A stretch of 29,511 bases of DNA from an uncultured virus (IMG/VR IMGVR_UViG_2882707223_000001) (lineage: Duplodnaviria; Heunggongvirae; Uroviricota; Caudoviricetes). The translations under genes and the position numbers were made by a program. The stretch is taken from the IMG/VR virus record IMGVR_UViG_2882707223_000001. One strand, given 5' to 3'. Shown one piece after another: positions 16,215 to 25,694 of this stretch. The notes under the pieces are model-generated. The model was not told the DNA's origin, made no database searches, and saw nothing but the letters and a program-made list of their open reading frames with translations. Position 1 is the stretch's first letter, and each line of letters opens with the position of its first letter.

Positions 16215-16634
16215 GTGTTGGACAAAAAGGTTTTATCGGATTACATAGATATCTGTGAGCTGATCAGCGAGATGGAGGAAGAGATACAGAATCTGCGAAA
16301 AAAAAAAATAGCGCATGACAAAGTAACTGGAAGCAACCCGGAGTTCCCATATGAGCAGAGAAGCTTTCATGTATCGGGGATAATTGAAGCGGATCTGGAC
16401 AGTCAAAAGCTGAAAAGTGAACTGGAGCTGTTGAAAGAGAGAAAATACCAGGCGGAAAAAATGAAAGCGGAGATCGACAGGTGGATGAAGACCATACCGG
16501 CGAGGATGCAGCGGATTATTCGGATGAAATATTTTGAACGGAGAACGTGGGATGAAGTTGCGATTAAGCTGGGAAAAACGGCTACGGCGGATAATACGAG
16601 AAAAGAATTTGAAAGATTTTTGCAAAAAAAATAA
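16215..16634 (+). CDS. RinA/ArpU-like late transcriptional activator
   Basis: C-terminal sigma-r4-like HTH (QRIIRMKYFERRTWDEVAIKLG), last gene before the packaging module; start at 16215 or 16218 after GGAGGG. Confidence 0.75.
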   Translation: MLDKKVLSDYIDICELISEMEEEIQNLRKKKIAHDKVTGSNPEFPYEQRSFHVSGIIEADLDSQKLKSELELLKERKYQAEKMKAEIDRWMKTIPARMQRIIRMKYFERRTWDEVAIKLGKTATADNTRKEFERFLQKK

Positions 16635-16795
16635 AATTTTGTCCGTTTTGTCCACATTGTCCGGTTTTCCTATGTTAAAATGTAAAATGAAGTTGGTATG
16701 CAGAATACCTCCCCAATACATTTTTCAAAATACCTGGCTATTTCCCGGCTGGGTATTTTGTTTTTGCTGGTATGTCCAATAATATAACGTCTAAA

Positions 16796-16849
16796 ATACG
16801 CATTAAATACACATTTACTATTGACAGATGTGTAAAAAATGTGTATCAT
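16796..16849 (+). promoter_or_regulatory. hicAB promoter with inverted operator boxes
   Basis: TTGACA(16821)-17-TATCAT; ATACGCAT, ATACACAT, ATGTGTAA and ATGTGTAT placed symmetrically around the -35. Confidence 0.7.
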
Positions 16850-16869
16850 ATATACATAAGGAGGACATA

Positions 16870-17040
16870 ATGAAACAGAGAGACTTAATAAAGCGGTTGG
16901 AAAAAGGTGGATTTGTACTTAAGAGGCATGGAAGCGATCATGATATATATGTTAGAGGCGAGGATGAGGAGCAGGTACCGAGACACCGGGAAGTAAACGA
17001 AAGATTAGCAAAAGCCATATTGAGAAAGTGGGGATTGTAA
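16870..17040 (+). CDS. hicA: HicA toxin
   Basis: MKQRDLIKRLEKGGFVLKRHGSDHDIY...VPRH; AGGAGG RBS; start reassigned from 16828. Confidence 0.9.
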   Translation: MKQRDLIKRLEKGGFVLKRHGSDHDIYVRGEDEEQVPRHREVNERLAKAILRKWGL

Positions 17041-17095
17041 AATCCCCTCTTTCCCAATAAATGTATAGAGCGGAAAAGAAAGAAGAGGGAATAAA

Positions 17096-17518
17096 ATGAA
17101 AAACGTATATCCTGTAATATTTACACCATTAAGAGACGAAAAGGATACCGTACTGGTTGAGGTTCCGGATTTAGAAATACTGACGGAAGGTTATGGTATG
17201 GTAAATGCTGTTTATATGGCAAGGGATGCTATCGGATTAAAAGGAATAACGCGGGAGGATGAGGGAAAGGGCATACCAGCTCCCAGAGCATTAAATGACA
17301 TTGACGTATCAAAAGGAACATTTGCGGAAGATGGGAAAGGATATGTTTCGCTGGTGGATATAGACTTTGTGGAGTATCGGCGCAGGGTAGATAATAAAAC
17401 AGTGAGAAGAAATGTTACACTTCCGAACTGGCTGAATCAGGAAGCGGAAAAAGCGCACATCAATGTATCCAGAGTTTTACAGGAAGCACTGATGGCAAAA
17501 CTGAATGTGTCAAAGTAA
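17096..17518 (+). CDS. hicB: HicB antitoxin
   Basis: YPVIF...VEVPDL...TEG...MARDAI and C-terminal RHH VRRNVTLPNWLN...INVSRVLQEAL. Confidence 0.92.
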   Translation: MKNVYPVIFTPLRDEKDTVLVEVPDLEILTEGYGMVNAVYMARDAIGLKGITREDEGKGIPAPRALNDIDVSKGTFAEDGKGYVSLVDIDFVEYRRRVDNKTVRRNVTLPNWLNQEAEKAHINVSRVLQEALMAKLNVSK

Positions 17519-17568
17519 AAATTCCTGTTGCGACATCGCAATATAGTAAACCAAAGAGAATTATTTTT

Positions 17569-17597
17569 AAGAGTCGGCACAGCACCGGCTCTTTTTT
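17569..17597 (+). terminator. Intrinsic terminator after hicB
   Basis: AAGAGTCGG-cacagca-CCGGCTCTT-TTTT. Confidence 0.75.
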
Positions 17598-17625
17598 AAA
17601 AACAAACGAACAGGAGGCGGTGAGC

Positions 17626-17787
17626 ATGGCGAGACCAAGGAGCCCCGGCAGAGACAAAGCAAGGCAGCTCTGGCTGGATAGCGGGAAGAGCCGCCTGCTG
17701 AAGAGTATTGCAGAGGAACTGCAGGTATCAGAGGAACAGGTCAGAAAATGGAAAAATCAGGATAAATGGGATTTAGTAACGTTATGA
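17626..17787 (+). pseudogene. Truncated terminase small subunit (N-terminal HTH only, 53 aa)
   Basis: MARPRSPGRDKARQLW...LKSIAEELQVSEEQVRKWKNQDKW then stop at the junction; AGGAGG RBS. Confidence 0.85.
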
Positions 17788-18127
17788 AGCCTGCGGAGAG
17801 CTGGAGGCACAGACAAAACGAAACTCTAAGGTAAAGACTGGGCAGACAAAGGGTTCTTACGTATATGTTGTCGATGAGGCGGAGCTGAAAGGGTATGTCG
17901 GCTCAAACTATGAAAATGCCATCTGGGAGGAGTTCGGCACTGGTGAATATGCTTTGAATGGCGATGGGCGCAAAGGAGGCTGGCATTATCAGGACGAAAT
18001 GGGTGGGTGGCACTTCACGAGAGGAAAGAAGCCGCGGAGACCGCTTTTTAAAGCATTTACTTTACTCAAAGGCAGGATTACTCAGATGGCAGAGCAGATA
18101 ATAAGAGAAAGGCTGGACACAGAATGA
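17783..18127 (+). pseudogene. 5'-truncated HK97 gp10-family neck/tail-completion gene
   Basis: YEACGELEAQTKRNSKVKTGQTKGS...VGSNYENAIWEEFGTG...TRGKKPRRPL; in-frame stop at 17777 and no start codon; ATGA overlap with the next gene. Confidence 0.85.
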
Positions 18128-18519
18128 GCGCAGATGTACTGAACCTCATAAAGAATGCTATGGAAGCCCTGGGGCTGAAATATGGTTTTATGGAGTATAA
18201 GGTAAATGCCGGTGAGGCGCTGCCGGCTACTTACTTTGTCGGAGAATATCATGAACTGGAATCTGACGGTGAGGCCGGCGAAGAGGATACGGTATTTATA
18301 TTGACCGGTTTTTCACGGGAAAAATGGATCCGACTGGAGGAAACAAAGGAGATGATAAAAAAATATTTCCCCCGTAACAGTGGGAGGGTGATAGCAGCCG
18401 GATCCGATTCAACGGTCGCCCTCTTTTATGGGAACAGCCTCCCCCTGCCTGTGGAGGACGATGAACTGAAAAAAATGCAGATAAATCTAGTTATTAAAGA
18501 ATGGAAGGTGGAACAATGA
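18124..18519 (+). CDS. Tail terminator-like protein
   Basis: Size and position between gp10 and the major tail protein; YFVGEY motif. Confidence 0.7.
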   Translation: MSADVLNLIKNAMEALGLKYGFMEYKVNAGEALPATYFVGEYHELESDGEAGEEDTVFILTGFSREKWIRLEETKEMIKKYFPRNSGRVIAAGSDSTVALFYGNSLPLPVEDDELKKMQINLVIKEWKVEQ

Positions 18520-19259
18520 GAAAATCAGGTATTAATAATGACACGCCGAATGACTTCCTGTTGGGAGCAGGTGTTGTGTTTAAAAATTTTAAATACGTGT
18601 ATGAAAAGTATGAAGCTGAGGAGACGCTGGTGGCGGAGGATATTAAATTGAGCCAGATAGAGAACAATGTCTCTTTTATCGGCGTAAAAGACGGTTACAC
18701 ACCGGCGGTGGGGGATTTTGTCACAGGCGCGTGGGACGATTCTGAAAAGAATGTGCTCGGTGCTACCAATGGAGGGAATAAACTTTCTATTGTTCCGGAG
18801 ATCACACCCATTGAAGTGGATGGTGCGGTAGTAGAGATCAAAGGACTCAATCAGAAAACGGGGGAAACCGGGACACTGGAGGTGAACCTTGCACAGCATA
18901 CGGTTGAATCGCTGAAGCGTGCGATCGTAGGAAAAGAGGTCGAGAGTTTGATTCCGGGGTATAAGCAAATCCAGACGAAGTCGTTGATCGAATTGTCGGA
19001 TTATCTGGATAATATTGCTTATGTCGGCAGTATGACGGACGGGACGGAGATCATAGCAATCATGGAAAATGCGATCTGCTCGTCGGGGCTTGAATTAGAC
19101 TCGAAAAATAAGGAGACATCTGTTGTCAAGACCACGTTCAAGGCTACGGCTGATTTTAAGAGCGGCGTATATGATACACTGCCCATCTATATTTTCTATC
19201 CGGATAAGGAAAAACAGGAGACACAGACAAAGAAAATATATAAGATCGTGGAAGGGTAA
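18516..19259 (+). CDS. Major tail (tube) protein
   Basis: TPNDFLLGAG, LGATNGG, DYLDNIAYVG, MENAIC motifs and position; start reassigned from 18501. Confidence 0.8.
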   Translation: MRKSGINNDTPNDFLLGAGVVFKNFKYVYEKYEAEETLVAEDIKLSQIENNVSFIGVKDGYTPAVGDFVTGAWDDSEKNVLGATNGGNKLSIVPEITPIEVDGAVVEIKGLNQKTGETGTLEVNLAQHTVESLKRAIVGKEVESLIPGYKQIQTKSLIELSDYLDNIAYVGSMTDGTEIIAIMENAICSSGLELDSKNKETSVVKTTFKATADFKSGVYDTLPIYIFYPDKEKQETQTKKIYKIVEG

Positions 19260-19269
19260 GAGGTGGATC

Positions 19270-19704
19270 ATGAAGAAAATGGAAATAGGAGATACACTGC
19301 AGGATTCTGTAGCAGAAAAAGCGTGTGAACAAAAAACAGAGTCAAACATTGAACGCCAGTATACACTGCGCAGGCTGAAAGACTCCGACCTGTTCCCACT
19401 TCTTAAAATCTTGAAAAAAATAGGCATCAGGGATTGCAAAGAGGCCTTCATTCAAGTGGCTTCCGGGGAAAAAACTCTGAAACAAATAGGGATCATGGCT
19501 ACTTTCGATATAGCAGACATTCTGATCGGGAATCTGGCGAAGGTCGAAAATGAAACCTATGAAATGTGGTCAGACATATCAGGCATTCCGGCGGACGATA
19601 TAAGAGAGATGGAATTCGGCACACTGCCGTTGATGATCATGGACACTTTTTCAGAGGCAAGAAATACGAGTTTTTTCAGGGTGCTCTCCAGATTTCTCTC
19701 ATAG
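19270..19704 (+). CDS. Tail assembly chaperone (G-like)
   Basis: Between major tail and tape measure genes; GAGGTG RBS before ATG 19270. Confidence 0.75.
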   Translation: MKKMEIGDTLQDSVAEKACEQKTESNIERQYTLRRLKDSDLFPLLKILKKIGIRDCKEAFIQVASGEKTLKQIGIMATFDIADILIGNLAKVENETYEMWSDISGIPADDIREMEFGTLPLMIMDTFSEARNTSFFRVLSRFLS

Positions 19705-20033
19705 GAGAATTTGAATTCATGGACTTGTTGTATTCCAGATACGCAAGTCCTGTGGATTTCATGAATGTGTATATTGCACAGGGAAGATTTGGAGAATTTG
19801 TAGCTAAAATCTTTGAAATGGATGTGAGGCGTAAAAAAGAAGCAATTCGAAAAGAAGATGATAACATGCTGTGGCAGGCGTATGTCCATAGTGTGACGGA
19901 TAAGACGTTTCAGGATTGGAAAGATGGACTGATTCAAGAGAAGGAACCAGTATCATACCGTATGTCGGACAGACAGGTTAATGCTGTGAAACGGCAGACA
20001 AGAGAGATCCTGAGCAGAATATCTCCGGCGTAA
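19671..20033 (+). CDS. Tail assembly chaperone extension (T-like), reached by -1 frameshift
   Basis: Slippery heptamer T TTT TTC at 19671-19677; the -1 frame is open to 20033. Confidence 0.75.
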   Translation, partial: FFQGALQISLIGEFEFMDLLYSRYASPVDFMNVYIAQGRFGEFVAKIFEMDVRRKKEAIRKEDDNMLWQAYVHSVTDKTFQDWKDGLIQEKEPVSYRMSDRQVNAVKRQTREILSRISPA

Positions 20034-20054
20034 GAATCGGGAGGAACATATACG

Positions 20055-22739
20055 ATGGAACTTTTTAAACTGTTTGGAACAATCACAGTTAAAAATACGG
20101 AGGCGAACAGTGCGATCGATGAGACCACTGATAAGGCACAGTCTTTCTCACAAAAATTATCGGATAAATTTGAGGATGTCGGCACAAAAGCCACGAATCT
20201 GGGGACAAAGATGAGCCTGGGGTTAACAGCGCCTATCACACTGATCGGAACAAAAGCGATTCAGGCAACCGCAGATTTTGAGTCCGCAATGTCGGAAGTA
20301 GGGGCTATTTCAGGCGCTACGGGTGATGATCTTATAGCCCTGAGGAATAAAGCGGAAGAGATGGGGAAGACAACCAAGTTCTCAGCTTCTGAATCTGCGG
20401 AGGCTCTGAAATATATGGCGATGGCAGGATGGAAGACGGAAGATATGTTGGATGGCCTGGAAGGCATTATGAACCTTGCGGCGGCTTCAGGGGAAAATCT
20501 GGGGACCACATCCGATATCGTGACGGATGCGCTTACTGCTTTTGGGATGAAAGCTTCTGACAGCGGGCATTTTGCAGATGTATTGGCGCAGGCATCCTCA
20601 TCGGCGAATACTAATGTGGGCGAAATGGGAGAGGCATTTAAGTATGTAGCACCGGTGGCGGGAGCTTTGGGATATAGCATTGAGGATGTATCGCTGGCTA
20701 TTGGATTGATGTCTAACGGAAGTGTACATGCATCTCAGGCAGGTACAGCTTTACGAGGATCATTAAGCAGACTGGTAAAGCCTACCGAAGATATGATAAG
20801 TACAATGGTAAATCTGGGGTTGGCCACAGAAGAAACTACCAATGTTGTTGACAGTGGAAAGCTCCAGAAGGCCCAGACGAAAGTCGAAAATAAAACTATC
20901 GATATGCAGAAAGCGCAGATCAAATATAATGATGCTGTCGCCAAATACGGCGTAAATTCTTCACAGGCTCAGACGGCGGCATTAAACCTTGAAAAAGCGC
21001 AGAATAATCTGGAGGCCGCTGTTTACGATCTGAATGTAGTACAGGAAGGAGAAACGGAGACTTTAGGCATCACAAATAACCTTCTCGTGGACAGTGAAGG
21101 AAATACGAAGTCGCTTCGAGAAGTAATATTGGCGTTACGCACAGCATTTTCCGGATTGACAGAGGAAGAGCAGGCTCAGGCTGCTACTACATTATTTGGC
21201 CAGGAAGCAATGGCAGGAATGCTCAATATCATTAATGCGGGTGAAGATGATTTTAATAAATTTGCAGATGCTATCGATAGTTCAGAAGGCAGAGCAAAGG
21301 AAATGTCTGACATTATGAAAGACAATCTGTCTGGGCAGTTAACAGAGCTTGGATCAAAGTTAGAAGGTCTCGCTATACAGTTTGTAACGTTGATCATGCC
21401 TTACCTGAAACAGGGTGTGGAATGGCTTTCCAAAGTGTGCGACTGGATATCGGGACTGGATGACGGGACAAAAAAGATGATTATAACAGCGGCCGCACTT
21501 CTGGCCGCCGCAGGTCCAGTGCTTATCTTTGTAGGAAAAATGGCCACCGGAATCGGTTCAGTCATCAGCATCGGGAGCAAGCTGATCGGGGGCATTACTA
21601 CTCTTATCCCGATCATCAGTTCCATCACTGCGCCTGTTGCCCTTGTAATAGCTGCGATAGCGGCACTGGTGGCCATAGGGGTTACCCTGTATAAAAACTG
21701 GGATACGATAAAAGAAAAAGCGGGAGAACTGAAGGAGAAAGTAGTCAGTAAAGTAACAGAGATGAAAGAAAAAGCGATAGAAAAATTTACAAATCTGAAA
21801 GAGGAGGCATCGGAGAAAGTAAAAAATTTGAAGGAAGATGCGGTTGCCGGATTTACTGAATTAAAAGAAAGAGCTGAAAGTCGGATAGAGGGTTTGAGGG
21901 CAAGGGCAGCAGAAAAATTTGGGAAAATGAAAGAAGATGCATCGGAAAAGGTGAGAAATCTGAAAGAAAACGCTATATCTGGATTTACTGAGTTGAAAGA
22001 AAAAGCGGAAACCCGGATAGAAGGACTGAGGGCGAGTTCAGCGGCAAAATTCACGCAGATGAAGGAGGATGCATCGGAAAAGGTGAAAAATCTGAAAGAA
22101 AACGCCGTGTCTAAGTTCCAGGAGTTAAAAGATAGAGCGTCTGAAAAAATCACTTCCCTGAAAAATAAAGGAATTGCTGATTTTGAAGCCTTGAGATCCG
22201 GTGCAGTCCTAAAGTTTGAAAATTTGAGATCCGGTGTGACACAGAAACTGGATGCAGTAAAGAATTTTACATCTAATACTGTTCGGAAGCTGAAAGAATT
22301 CTTTAACTTTGACTGGAAGCTGCCGAGAATCAAGCTTCCGCATTTTAGTATCAGCGGAAAGTTTTCACTTAACCCGCCGTCAATTCCGAAATTCAGTGTG
22401 GACTGGTATAGAAGAGCGATGGATAATCCTCTGTTGATGGAAAAGCCGACAGCGTTTGGAATCAATGCGAGAGGGCAGATTATGGCGGGCGGCGAAGCCG
22501 GGAGTGAAGTGGTGAGCGGGACGCAGACGCTGATGAAGATGATCTCTGCGGCGGTCGCAGAAAACAATGAACGGCTCTATACGATCCTGAATCAATTATA
22601 TGATCTGTTAAGCGAATGCCTTCCGGCGCTGGAAAAGAGGCAGTTGGTCCTGGACTCTGGAGTGCTGGTAGGCGAACTTGCCCGGCCGATGAATGAGGAG
22701 CTCGGCAGAATTACATATATGAGGGGGAGGCGGAATTAG
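20055..22739 (+). CDS. Tape measure protein (TP901-type core)
   Basis: ADFESAMSEVGAISGATG, TKFSASESAEALKYMAMAGW, hydrophobic block, 11-aa periodic repeats, AGGEAGSE. Confidence 0.93.
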   Translation: MELFKLFGTITVKNTEANSAIDETTDKAQSFSQKLSDKFEDVGTKATNLGTKMSLGLTAPITLIGTKAIQATADFESAMSEVGAISGATGDDLIALRNKAEEMGKTTKFSASESAEALKYMAMAGWKTEDMLDGLEGIMNLAAASGENLGTTSDIVTDALTAFGMKASDSGHFADVLAQASSSANTNVGEMGEAFKYVAPVAGALGYSIEDVSLAIGLMSNGSVHASQAGTALRGSLSRLVKPTEDMISTMVNLGLATEETTNVVDSGKLQKAQTKVENKTIDMQKAQIKYNDAVAKYGVNSSQAQTAALNLEKAQNNLEAAVYDLNVVQEGETETLGITNNLLVDSEGNTKSLREVILALRTAFSGLTEEEQAQAATTLFGQEAMAGMLNIINAGEDDFNKFADAIDSSEGRAKEMSDIMKDNLSGQLTELGSKLEGLAIQFVTLIMPYLKQGVEWLSKVCDWISGLDDGTKKMIITAAALLAAAGPVLIFVGKMATGIGSVISIGSKLIGGITTLIPIISSITAPVALVIAAIAALVAIGVTLYKNWDTIKEKAGELKEKVVSKVTEMKEKAIEKFTNLKEEASEKVKNLKEDAVAGFTELKERAESRIEGLRARAAEKFGKMKEDASEKVRNLKENAISGFTELKEKAETRIEGLRASSAAKFTQMKEDASEKVKNLKENAVSKFQELKDRASEKITSLKNKGIADFEALRSGAVLKFENLRSGVTQKLDAVKNFTSNTVRKLKEFFNFDWKLPRIKLPHFSISGKFSLNPPSIPKFSVDWYRRAMDNPLLMEKPTAFGINARGQIMAGGEAGSEVVSGTQTLMKMISAAVAENNERLYTILNQLYDLLSECLPALEKRQLVLDSGVLVGELARPMNEELGRITYMRGRRN

Positions 22740-22741
22740 AA

Positions 22742-23365
22742 ATGTATGGCGCAGTATTCGGGGATAAGCATACAAAAGAGGACTATGGCGCTGTCATGAA
22801 TTATGTCAGGATAACACCGCCGGCTGTAAAAGAGAATTATGTGGATATTGCCGGCGGAAATTCCTCCATCGATCTGACAGAGGCGGTTGGCGGGGTGGTA
22901 TTTGAAGATGGAGAGATCGATTTTAAATTTACCCTGTTTGATGCGGGGTGCAAAGAAAAGATGAAAAATGATCTGCATGGACGGCGCATGAAAATCATTT
23001 TGGAAAGGGAGCCGGAATTTTACTATGAAGGCCGCATATCCGTCATCAGCGAGAAACAGACGGGAAATATTTATGAATTATGCATGAAAGCAAAGGTAAA
23101 ACCTTATAAGCTGGATCGAGTAATGGTTCATGAAGAGGAGATAAAAGGTGAGAAAGAGATTATCCTGTTCAGCGACAGGATGCCGGTCATGCCGCTCATA
23201 ACAGTTGAGGGAAATATTGCTGTCAGTTATGAGGGCATCCGTTTTGCGCTGGAAGCCGGAGTATATGAAATACCTGAGATTACCTTTCAGGACGGACCAA
23301 ACAGGCTGAAGGTATCTGGAAGGGGGAAAATCCGACTGGAATACAGAAAAGGACAACTGATATGA
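22742..23365 (+). CDS. Distal tail protein (Dit)
   Basis: Follows the tape measure gene; PPAVKENYVDIAGGNSSIDLTE, LHGRR motifs. Confidence 0.8.
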   Translation: MYGAVFGDKHTKEDYGAVMNYVRITPPAVKENYVDIAGGNSSIDLTEAVGGVVFEDGEIDFKFTLFDAGCKEKMKNDLHGRRMKIILEREPEFYYEGRISVISEKQTGNIYELCMKAKVKPYKLDRVMVHEEEIKGEKEIILFSDRMPVMPLITVEGNIAVSYEGIRFALEAGVYEIPEITFQDGPNRLKVSGRGKIRLEYRKGQLI

Positions 23366-25005
23366 TAATCATAAAAAACGGTGAGAGACAGATATATCAT
23401 CCACGCAACCCTAATCTGGCGTTGATCAATCCGAAATTGACACTGGAGGATAATGGGGCCGGAAGCCTTACTTTTAAAATATATGACAGCAATCTGAATT
23501 ACCACACGATCAGAAAGCTCTATCCACTCATATCAGTAATCAGAGATGGCAGGACATTATTTAAAGGAAGGGTAATTTCTGATAAGAAAGACTTTTACAA
23601 TGGAAAATCTGTGGAAGTGGAAGGAAAATTGACTTTTTTAAATGATTCCTATATGGAACCTTTTTCTTTCTCGGGAAGTCCGTCGGAATTGTTCAGGATG
23701 ATTATCGAAAATCATAATGCGCAGGTGATGGACTGGCAGCAATTCAAAATAGGAGTCGTGACAGTCGTCGATAACAACGATTATATTGTCAGGAGCAGTG
23801 AGAATGTTATAAATTCCTGGAATGCCTTGAAGGATAAATGTTTTAAGTCATCTCTGGGAGGGCATATCAGAATAAGGTATGAAGAGGATGGAGATTATAT
23901 TGACTGGCTTTCAGATTATGATGTTGTGTCAAAGCAGAGCATTGAGTTTGCAAAAAATATGATAGATATGTCTTCGGAGCTGGATGCGACAGAGACTTAT
24001 ACGGCGATCAGGCCAGTTGGAGCGGAGGTAGATGGTGTTAAGGTTAATATTTCTTCTGTGAACGGTGGGAAGACCTATATTATCAATGAGGAAAAAGCGA
24101 CTGAATATGGGATTATATTTGCACCGGAGAATGAATCTACCTGGGAAGACGTGACACTGCCACAGAACCTTCTAAAAAAGGCGAAAGAAAAGCTTTTTCA
24201 TTCATTTGTCACATTGAATGAGACATATGAGATCAAAGCGGTTGATCTGCACCTGACGGATGCAAGCATTGAAGCCCTGGATATCTGTGAATATGTTCCG
24301 GTGGTCAGCCGTCCGCATGGGATAAACGGGAATTACCTGTTGAGCAGAGCAGATATCTATATTGCAGAACCGCAAAATTCGGTATTCTACCTGGGCTCCA
24401 GCAGACGGGTATTAAGCGATATGAATATGGCTGGAGGCGTACCGGCTGCAGTTCCAAAGAATATTAGCTCTTTTGAAAATGATGCAGGATACATATCGGA
24501 AGAAAAGACAGAAAAAATTCTGGCAGACTATTCCAAAACGATAGAGGTTGAACAGATCGTAAACGAAGCGGTATCGCAGATACCGAGTGGAGCAGACGGC
24601 AAGGATGGCCTGTCCGCTTATGAAATAGCGGTGAATAATGGCTATACCGGAAATGAAAGCGAATGGCTGGAATCCCTGAAAGGGATGAAGGGAGAAGATG
24701 GAGCACCTGGGTGGGATGGTAAGGATGGAATAGATGGTGTTGATGGAGAAACGCCTTTCATAGGTGATAATGGGAACTGGTTTATCGGTGGTGAGGATAC
24801 AGGAAAGCCTTCCCGCGGAGAAAAAGGTGAGAAGGGGGATAAAGGTGATGCCGGTTCTGCTGGTGGATCATCAGGTGGGTTGGGAATGTATGCATTTGAA
24901 ATTCGGGAAGATGGGCACTTGTGGGTGATGTCAGAGTCGGAGATGCAGTCAGAGAATTTTGGCATTAATGATGATGGACATCTTATTTATACAGTGGAGG
25001 GATAA
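23362..25005 (+). CDS. Tal/tail spike protein with collagen-like C-terminus
   Basis: AGSLTF...LFKGRV...EGKLTFLNDS; GLSAYEIAV...EWLESLKG; Gly-X-Y repeats; IGDNGNWFIGGEDTG. Confidence 0.8.
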   Translation: MIIIKNGERQIYHPRNPNLALINPKLTLEDNGAGSLTFKIYDSNLNYHTIRKLYPLISVIRDGRTLFKGRVISDKKDFYNGKSVEVEGKLTFLNDSYMEPFSFSGSPSELFRMIIENHNAQVMDWQQFKIGVVTVVDNNDYIVRSSENVINSWNALKDKCFKSSLGGHIRIRYEEDGDYIDWLSDYDVVSKQSIEFAKNMIDMSSELDATETYTAIRPVGAEVDGVKVNISSVNGGKTYIINEEKATEYGIIFAPENESTWEDVTLPQNLLKKAKEKLFHSFVTLNETYEIKAVDLHLTDASIEALDICEYVPVVSRPHGINGNYLLSRADIYIAEPQNSVFYLGSSRRVLSDMNMAGGVPAAVPKNISSFENDAGYISEEKTEKILADYSKTIEVEQIVNEAVSQIPSGADGKDGLSAYEIAVNNGYTGNESEWLESLKGMKGEDGAPGWDGKDGIDGVDGETPFIGDNGNWFIGGEDTGKPSRGEKGEKGDKGDAGSAGGSSGGLGMYAFEIREDGHLWVMSESEMQSENFGINDDGHLIYTVEG

Positions 25006-25008
25006 TTT

Positions 25009-25662
25009 ATGGCCCAGGCAGATTTGGGAAAGGTGCGACTGACAGATGCGGAACTGTCAGAAAAAATAATTCAAACAAACGGAGGCGTAAGGTTTGGAAA
25101 GGATGCAGATGGAAAACCGGGATATGTGGTAACGGATGCGGAAACAGGTGCTGATACAGTGATCCCTTTTAGCAATGGATCCTCTGGGGGGATTCCAGTA
25201 CAAGGATCTATTTGCTTTGCTGGGTCAAAAATACATTCTGTTTCAGGGGGTTCAGATTATTTGGCGTTTGTTTTATTCGATGATCCAATAGAGATTTCGC
25301 AAATTAAAGAAATTAAAACAATAACACAAATTTCTAATTGGTATAGAATAAGCAGTGGATATACTACTTCGCTGTCAAGGATGATGTATATTTTTTTGTA
25401 TATAGAAAATAATGATGGTCAATTTCAGCAGTTTCGATATTCTTTTCCAGTTATAAATGTATCTGGGACGGGAAGCGGGGTTGCCAATGAGAAAGAAATG
25501 ATTATACCACCATCGTTAATATCACAATATAAGAATTTGATAGGAATAGGTTGTGATTTTTATCAATATGGAGGTGGATCTTCTACTGGATATTGGTTCA
25601 CATCTCAAATTGGAAATGCAGCAGATCCTCATGGATCGGAAATGAAATATTTTATAAGCTGA
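25009..25662 (+). CDS. Putative receptor-binding/tail-tip protein
   Basis: N-terminal RFGKDADGKPGY...GADTVIPF then an AT-richer beta-rich C-terminus. Confidence 0.55.
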   Translation: MAQADLGKVRLTDAELSEKIIQTNGGVRFGKDADGKPGYVVTDAETGADTVIPFSNGSSGGIPVQGSICFAGSKIHSVSGGSDYLAFVLFDDPIEISQIKEIKTITQISNWYRISSGYTTSLSRMMYIFLYIENNDGQFQQFRYSFPVINVSGTGSGVANEKEMIIPPSLISQYKNLIGIGCDFYQYGGGSSTGYWFTSQIGNAADPHGSEMKYFIS

Positions 25663-25694
25663 TAACTTATATTAAGACAGAACGGAGAATAAGT

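Noticed and set aside
15074..16225. 383-aa minus-strand ORF
   Set aside because: Shadow of the HNH gene and its partner; no recognisable motif
21401..22567. 388-aa minus-strand ORF
   Set aside because: Shadow of the repetitive tape measure gene
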